DNA of 64,000 nucleotides from Myxococcota bacterium (GTDB lineage Bacteria; Myxococcota_A; UBA796; SXON01): NCBI GenBank assembly GCA_040386535.1, contig JAZKFH010000017.1, positions 32,001 to 96,000 of the forward strand, read 5' to 3'. Shown piece by piece: positions 59,340 to 64,000 of this stretch (position 1 is its first letter; each line of letters starts with the position of its first letter). The notes under the pieces were generated by a model. It saw only the letters and a program-made list of their open reading frames with translations, ran no database searches and was not told where the DNA came from. The position numbers and the translations under genes were made by a program.

Positions 59340-60068
59340 TCACCCCCCCGGCAACCGCTCCACCACGTCCGCCGCCGCACCCGACTCGTCCACGCGCACG
59401 CGCAGCGTCACGGTGCGCAGCTGCGGGTCGATCTCCGCGCCCACGGTGGCCGACGCGGTGACGTGATCGGTCGTGAGGCCGCGCTTGACGAGGTAGCGGG
59501 CCGTCGTGAGGGAGCGTGCGCTCGCGAGCTCCCAATTGTCCGCCCACTTGCCGCCGGGCGCCACGGGGGCCGCGTCGGCACGGCCGATCACCTCGATCGT
59601 GGCGGGGGCGCCCTGGAGGGCGCCTACGATCTGCGCGAGGACGGCGTAGGCGGTGGGGTGCAGCTCGGCGCTGCCGGGCGCGAAGAGGAGGCGCTCGGGC
59701 AAGACGAGGGTGAGCGTCTGCTCGTGCAGGCCAACCTGGACGACGTTGTCGGACAGGGAGCCGAGGAGGTTCTGCTTGATCGAGTAGAGCAGGGGCGAGG
59801 CCGCCTCCTGCGCGATCGTGGCGGGGGGGCGCTCGGGGAGGTCGGGCGGATCGGGGTCGGGGCTCATCACGTCCATCAGCGCGGTCGACATGCCGCCCTC
59901 GAACGCGGCGTTCATACCGGCGATGACCTCGACGAGCTTGGTCTGGTCGGTCTGGGCGGTGGCGTACAGCACGGTGAAGAAGGCGAAGAGCAACGTGATG
60001 AAGTCGGCGTAGGAGACCAGCCAACGCTCGTGGTTCTCGTGCTCCTCGTGCCGGACCTTGCGGCTCAT
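59340..60068 (-). CDS. motB: Flagellar stator MotB
   Basis: HERWLVSYADFITLLFAFF; OmpA-like LFAPGSA...NWELASAR. Confidence 0.93.
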   Translation of the reverse strand: MSRKVRHEEHENHERWLVSYADFITLLFAFFTVLYATAQTDQTKLVEVIAGMNAAFEGGMSTALMDVMSPDPDPPDLPERPPATIAQEAASPLLYSIKQNLLGSLSDNVVQVGLHEQTLTLVLPERLLFAPGSAELHPTAYAVLAQIVGALQGAPATIEVIGRADAAPVAPGGKWADNWELASARSLTTARYLVKRGLTTDHVTASATVGAEIDPQLRTVTLRVRVDESGAAADVVERLPGG

Positions 60069-60859
60069 GCGGCCGCCGCCACGGGCTTGGCGCTCTTGTC
60101 GGCGGAGGCGTCCGCCTTGGCGTGGTGGTAGGGCGCAAGGCGCTCGCCGATCTGGCGTGCGTTCGAGCCGGTCACGATGGCGGCGAGGCCGGTGAGGACC
60201 ATGGCGCGGTCCTCGGCCTCGGCCTGGACGATCTTCTTGAGGCGGGTGCCGAGGGGCAGGAAGAGCAGGTTTGCGAAGCCGACGCCGTAGATGGTGGCGA
60301 CGAAGGCCACGGCGATGCCGGTGCCGAGCTTGCTCGGGTCGGTGAGGTTCTGCATGACGTGGATGAGGCCGAGCACGGCGCCGATGATGCCGATGGTCGG
60401 CGCGAAGCCGCCGGCGGTCTCGAGCAGCTTGGCGGCGGCGCAGGCGTGGTGCTCTTCCAAATCGGCCTCGAGCTCGAGCATGAGCTGGACGTCCTGGCCG
60501 GGGGTGCCGTCCACGAGCATCTGGAGGCCGCGGCGCAACGTGGCGTCGTGCACCTCGCTGAGCTGGCCCTCGACCGCGAGCATGCCCTCCCTGCGTACGA
60601 CACTCGCGACGCGGAGCAGGTCCTCGGTGGTGCGCGCGCGGTCGGCCAGGCCCGGGAACACGATGCGCTTCATCAGGCGCGCGAGGGTCTTGACCTCGGT
60701 GGGGGTCGCGGCGAGCCAGGTGGCGCCGACGGTGCCGCCGAACACGATGAGCGCGGCGGTGGGCTGGACGAGGGAGGACAGATGCCCGCCCTCCAGCGAG
60801 TTGCCGCCGAGGATGCACACCAGCGAAAGGACGATGGCGAAGACGCCGGTGAGATCCAT
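60065..60859 (-). CDS. motA: Flagellar stator MotA
   Basis: AALIVFGGT, RREGMLAVE, APTIGIIGAVLGLI, AFVATIYGV..ANL.FLP. Confidence 0.96.
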   Translation of the reverse strand: MDLTGVFAIVLSLVCILGGNSLEGGHLSSLVQPTAALIVFGGTVGATWLAATPTEVKTLARLMKRIVFPGLADRARTTEDLLRVASVVRREGMLAVEGQLSEVHDATLRRGLQMLVDGTPGQDVQLMLELEADLEEHHACAAAKLLETAGGFAPTIGIIGAVLGLIHVMQNLTDPSKLGTGIAVAFVATIYGVGFANLLFLPLGTRLKKIVQAEAEDRAMVLTGLAAIVTGSNARQIGERLAPYHHAKADASADKSAKPVAAAA

Positions 60860-60925
60860 GGGAGGCTCCTGCGCAACGAGACGCTGGGTCGAAGACGTGC
60901 CGAGAAACTTGCTAAATCAACACGT

Positions 60926-61609
60926 TCAGAACGGCCACACCATGTCGGCCACGCGCGTGCCCCAACCGGGCCCCTGCTTGTCCGCGAGCACGCCCGCGCC
61001 GGTGAACTCGATGCGCGCCTCGGCGATGAGGTCGGACTGGATGGTGTTGTCGACGAGGATGTCACGCGGGCGCACGATGCCTTCGAGCGTGAGGTACTGC
61101 GTCTCGCGGTTGACACGCACCTGCTTGGTGCCACGGATGCGCAGGTTGCCGTTCGACATCACCTCCATCACCTGGCAGGTGACGGTGGCGGCGAGCGTTC
61201 CCTGCCGCGACGTGCTGCCTGAGCCGGTCATGGAGGACTCGGAGGAGCCGCCGATCTCGATCTTGCCGCCCATGTTGGGGTTGGCGGCGGTGATGCTCGT
61301 CTCCAGCCCGAGCAGCGCGGAGATGCCGCTGGTGGAGCTCGAATTGCGCCCGGTGTTGGTGTCGGCGCCGAGCGTCGTGGAGGAGTTGTCCTGCACGTTG
61401 ACCGTGATGAGGTCGCCGATGCGGCGGGCGTTGCCGTCCATGCCGACCAGGGCGCGGGCCTCGGTCTCGCTCCACAACGAGCCGGGCGGGCTGGTCACGT
61501 GCCGCGGGGAGACCGCGTTGACGGCGGGGGGCGCGACGGAGGAGACCGCGTCGAGGTGGGCGCAGGCCAGGAGCGGAAGAAACAGCACGAGCAGAGGACG
61601 GCGCATCAC
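60926..61609 (-). CDS. flgH: Flagellar L-ring lipoprotein FlgH
   Basis: LLAC lipobox, GSLW, IGDLITV, NGNL.I.G.K, GIVRPRDI..N...S..IAEARI. Confidence 0.95.
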   Translation of the reverse strand: MMRRPLLVLFLPLLACAHLDAVSSVAPPAVNAVSPRHVTSPPGSLWSETEARALVGMDGNARRIGDLITVNVQDNSSTTLGADTNTGRNSSSTSGISALLGLETSITAANPNMGGKIEIGGSSESSMTGSGSTSRQGTLAATVTCQVMEVMSNGNLRIRGTKQVRVNRETQYLTLEGIVRPRDILVDNTIQSDLIAEARIEFTGAGVLADKQGPGWGTRVADMVWPF

Positions 61610-62268
61610 TCCCCCACGACCACGGTCCCGTCGGACCGGAAGGTGCCCTGGAGCACGGTGCGCGTGGCGAGGTTGAGCACGCCCACACGCTTGTCGACCC
61701 AGCCGTCCTGGAGGAGCTGGCCGTTCGCGGTGACGACGAGCCCGGTGTCCGAGCCCGCCACGAGCAGCACGTCGGCGCCGCGCGGGGCGTCGGGCCAGGG
61801 CGCGGCGCGAGAGGTCGTGAGGGGCTCGCCGGCGGCAAGGGGGACCCGTGCGCGGAAGGCGCCCGCGCCCTCGACGGGGATCTCGCCGCGGAGGCGATGG
61901 CCGGACACGCGCTCCATCGTGGTCTCCACGCGCTCACCGGCCTCGACGCTCCACGCGGCCACCGGCACGGTGCGCCACACCTGGATGACGGCGCGGGTGA
62001 GGTGCCGGGTCGGGGCGCCGCCGCCGGCCGCATCGCAGTACAGCACCACTTGAACGATGCCCTCGACCGAGCCGACCTGGGGCAGCTGCACGCTGCACGT
62101 GGCGTCGGGGGTGAGGCCCGCGAGCGCGCCGAGGCCCTGGACCTCGACATCCTCGGGGGCCACTTCGAGGTGGGCGGCGACGGTGTCGCGCACGGCGTCC
62201 TCGGCGATGCCGGCGGAGGCGCTGGGAACCACAGTGGCAACCAACGTGGCGAGAAGAAGTGACAACAT
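61606..62268 (-). CDS. flgA: P-ring assembly chaperone FlgA
   Basis: Signal peptide; SAF-like region; G..LQDG....V.V.N; lies between flgG and flgH. Confidence 0.8.
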   Translation of the reverse strand: MLSLLLATLVATVVPSASAGIAEDAVRDTVAAHLEVAPEDVEVQGLGALAGLTPDATCSVQLPQVGSVEGIVQVVLYCDAAGGGAPTRHLTRAVIQVWRTVPVAAWSVEAGERVETTMERVSGHRLRGEIPVEGAGAFRARVPLAAGEPLTTSRAAPWPDAPRGADVLLVAGSDTGLVVTANGQLLQDGWVDKRVGVLNLATRTVLQGTFRSDGTVVVGE

Positions 62269-62270
62269 GG

Positions 62271-63038
62271 CTACCTCCGCAGCCCGGCGGCGGTCTGGAG
62301 CATCTCGTCGGCGGCCTGGATGACCTTGGACGAGAGCTCGTACCCGCGCTGGGCGGTGATCATGGCGATGAGCTCCTCGGCCACGTCGACGTTGGAGCCC
62401 TCCGTGGCGTATTGGAGCACCGAGCCGGCGCCGTCCTCCTGCGGGGTGGTGAGGGTCACGTCGCCCGCGTTGGTCGTGCCACGGAAAAGGTTGCCACCGG
62501 CGGCTTCGAGAGCCTCGGGGTTGGGAAACGTCGCGAGCTCGAGGGTGCCGAGCGAGATCGTCTCGACGCCCGAGGACGTCGGCACCTGCGCGCCGAGCGA
62601 GCCGTCCGCGCTCACGGTGAGGGTGCCGCCGGGCGGGATCTGCACACCGGGGGACACGCGGTAGCCGCCCTGGGTGGTGAGGTTGCCCTCGGCGTCGGTG
62701 CGGAAGTTGCCGTCGCGCGTGTAGAACGTCTCTCCCGACGGGCTCTCCACCACGAAGAAGCCGGGGCCGTCGATGAGCATCGCCGTGGGCGAGGAGCTCA
62801 TCAACGTGTCGCCGTTGCGGAAGTCGCGGGACAGGCCGGAGAGGCGCGTACCGCTGCCGAGCTGCATGGCGTCGCCGCCGGCACCGCGCCCGCCGACGGA
62901 CTGGTACACGAGATCCTCGAAGTTCTCGCGCACCTTCTTGAAGCCGGTCGTGCTGTTGTTCGCGATGTTGTTCGCGATGTTCTCGACCTTGATCTGGTTG
63001 GCCGACATCCCGGTGGCCGCCGTGTACAGTGCGCGCAT
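62271..63038 (-). CDS. flgG: Distal rod protein FlgG
   Basis: MRALYTAATGM, ANNIAN..TTGFKK...FEDL.YQ, YTRDGNF, E.SNVDVAEE...AQR.YE. Confidence 0.96.
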   Translation of the reverse strand: MRALYTAATGMSANQIKVENIANNIANNSTTGFKKVRENFEDLVYQSVGGRGAGGDAMQLGSGTRLSGLSRDFRNGDTLMSSSPTAMLIDGPGFFVVESPSGETFYTRDGNFRTDAEGNLTTQGGYRVSPGVQIPPGGTLTVSADGSLGAQVPTSSGVETISLGTLELATFPNPEALEAAGGNLFRGTTNAGDVTLTTPQEDGAGSVLQYATEGSNVDVAEELIAMITAQRGYELSSKVIQAADEMLQTAAGLRR

Positions 63039-63040
63039 GG

Positions 63041-63700
63041 CTACTCCTGCATCCGATTGAGGCGGCCGCGCGCCTCGTCGCTGGTCTGCATGACCTTCTG
63101 TTGGGCCTCGAACGCACGCGAGGCCTCGATGAGCTCGACCATGCACCGCATGGGGTCGACGTTGGCGCCCTCGCGCGCGCCCTGCACCACGGTGATGTCG
63201 CCGGTCGCGCCGGAGGCGACGCCGGACCACCGGTTCCCCCCGAGCGGCGAGCCGCCGTCGAGCGTCACGAGCCGCAGCCGGCCGAGCTCGCCGGAGGCGG
63301 AGCCGCTCACGGTGCCGTCGGCCTCGACGATCAGCCGCTCGCCGGGCGCGAGGGTGACGGGGCCGCGGTCGGTCAGGACCGGGGTGCCACCCCCGGAGAC
63401 GAGGCGGTTGTCGGCGTCGAGGCGGAAGCCGCCGTCGCGGGTGAACGTGCCGTCGGCCAGCGCGAACATCGCGTTGCCGCGCAGCGCGAGGTGGGTCGAG
63501 ACGCCGTCCTGCATCAGGGCGCCGTCGCGCGTGTCGTACATGCCGGTGCCGGCGCGCACGACGTTCTCTTCGGACTCGAAGTTGACGCGCTGCTCGCGGT
63601 ACCCTTGCGTGTTCGCGTTCGCGACGTTCGCCGACACGACCTCGAGGTTGCGCCACGCCGCCTTCGCGCCCGCGTACGCCGCGTAGATGTCGCGGCTCAT
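63041..63700 (-). CDS. flgF: Proximal rod protein FlgF
   Basis: IY.A..G, NVANANTQGY, FTRDG.F, QGA.E.ANVD; precedes flgG. Confidence 0.88.
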   Translation of the reverse strand: MSRDIYAAYAGAKAAWRNLEVVSANVANANTQGYREQRVNFESEENVVRAGTGMYDTRDGALMQDGVSTHLALRGNAMFALADGTFTRDGGFRLDADNRLVSGGGTPVLTDRGPVTLAPGERLIVEADGTVSGSASGELGRLRLVTLDGGSPLGGNRWSGVASGATGDITVVQGAREGANVDPMRCMVELIEASRAFEAQQKVMQTSDEARGRLNRMQE

Positions 63701-63999
63701 GCCGCACCTTCGCGCAGATCGTCCAGATCGATCTCGCGCGCCAGCGTCTTCTTGAGGCGCTCGCGGGCGGCGGTGAGGAGCTGGCTCACGCGGGAGGGCG
63801 TGACCTCGAGGATGGCGCCGATCTCGGCGAGCGAGCAATCACGGGCGTAGTAGAGGAGGACGACCTGGCGGTCGCGCTCGGGGAGGCGCGTGATGGCCTC
63901 GCGGAGGGCGCGGCGCAGATCGAGGTCGAGCATCCGCGCGGGCGCTTCGGCGGGCTGGAGGAAGGCGTCGTCGCCCTCGCCATCGGAGTCGTCGTCGTC
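63697..63999 (-). CDS. fliA: Sigma-28 FliA/WhiG, C-terminal part (5' end beyond window)
   Basis: LPERDRQVVLLYY....LAEIGAILEVTPSRVSQL region 4; ATGA overlap with flgF. Confidence 0.88.
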   Translation of the reverse strand, partial: DDDDSDGEGDDAFLQPAEAPARMLDLDLRRALREAITRLPERDRQVVLLYYARDCSLAEIGAILEVTPSRVSQLLTAARERLKKTLAREIDLDDLREGAA

Positions 64000-64000
64000 G

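Noticed and set aside
60860..60925. Sigma-28 or sigma-54 promoter for motA
   Set aside because: GCAA-N15-TTCGACCC is a weak match and the GGCAC lacks a correctly spaced -12 GC.

Overview
Very GC-rich bacterial DNA, most likely a Myxococcota/deltaproteobacterial lineage. This rests on a MYXO-CTERM-like protein, many lipoproteins with Asp-Thr linkers and a MopE-type Cys-repeat/FG-GAP surface protein. The left ~27 kb is mixed accessory content: lipoproteins, an ECF sigma factor, a HemN-like radical SAM enzyme, a possible aegerolysin-like toxin, a GPI-EtNP-transferase-like membrane enzyme, a MASE1-CHASE kinase/response regulator pair, cytochromes c, a Rieske protein and a POT-like MFS transporter. 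The right ~37 kb is a minus-strand flagellar cluster: fliA(partial)-flgFGAH-motAB | flgIJMNKL-fliC-fliC-fliDS-three uncharacterised ORFs-flgBC-fliE | fliFGHI. Unrelated cargo blocks interrupt it twice (about 54.9-59.3 kb and 31.8-42.1 kb). Each downstream segment restarts at a sigma28-like promoter, and palindromic repeats lie at or near the block ends. A separate non-coding family of three ~130-330 bp elements shares a covarying three-way-junction fold. Four genes look broken. I saw no rRNA, tRNA, CRISPR array, transposase or integrase. All family calls come from motif recognition by eye, not database searches.
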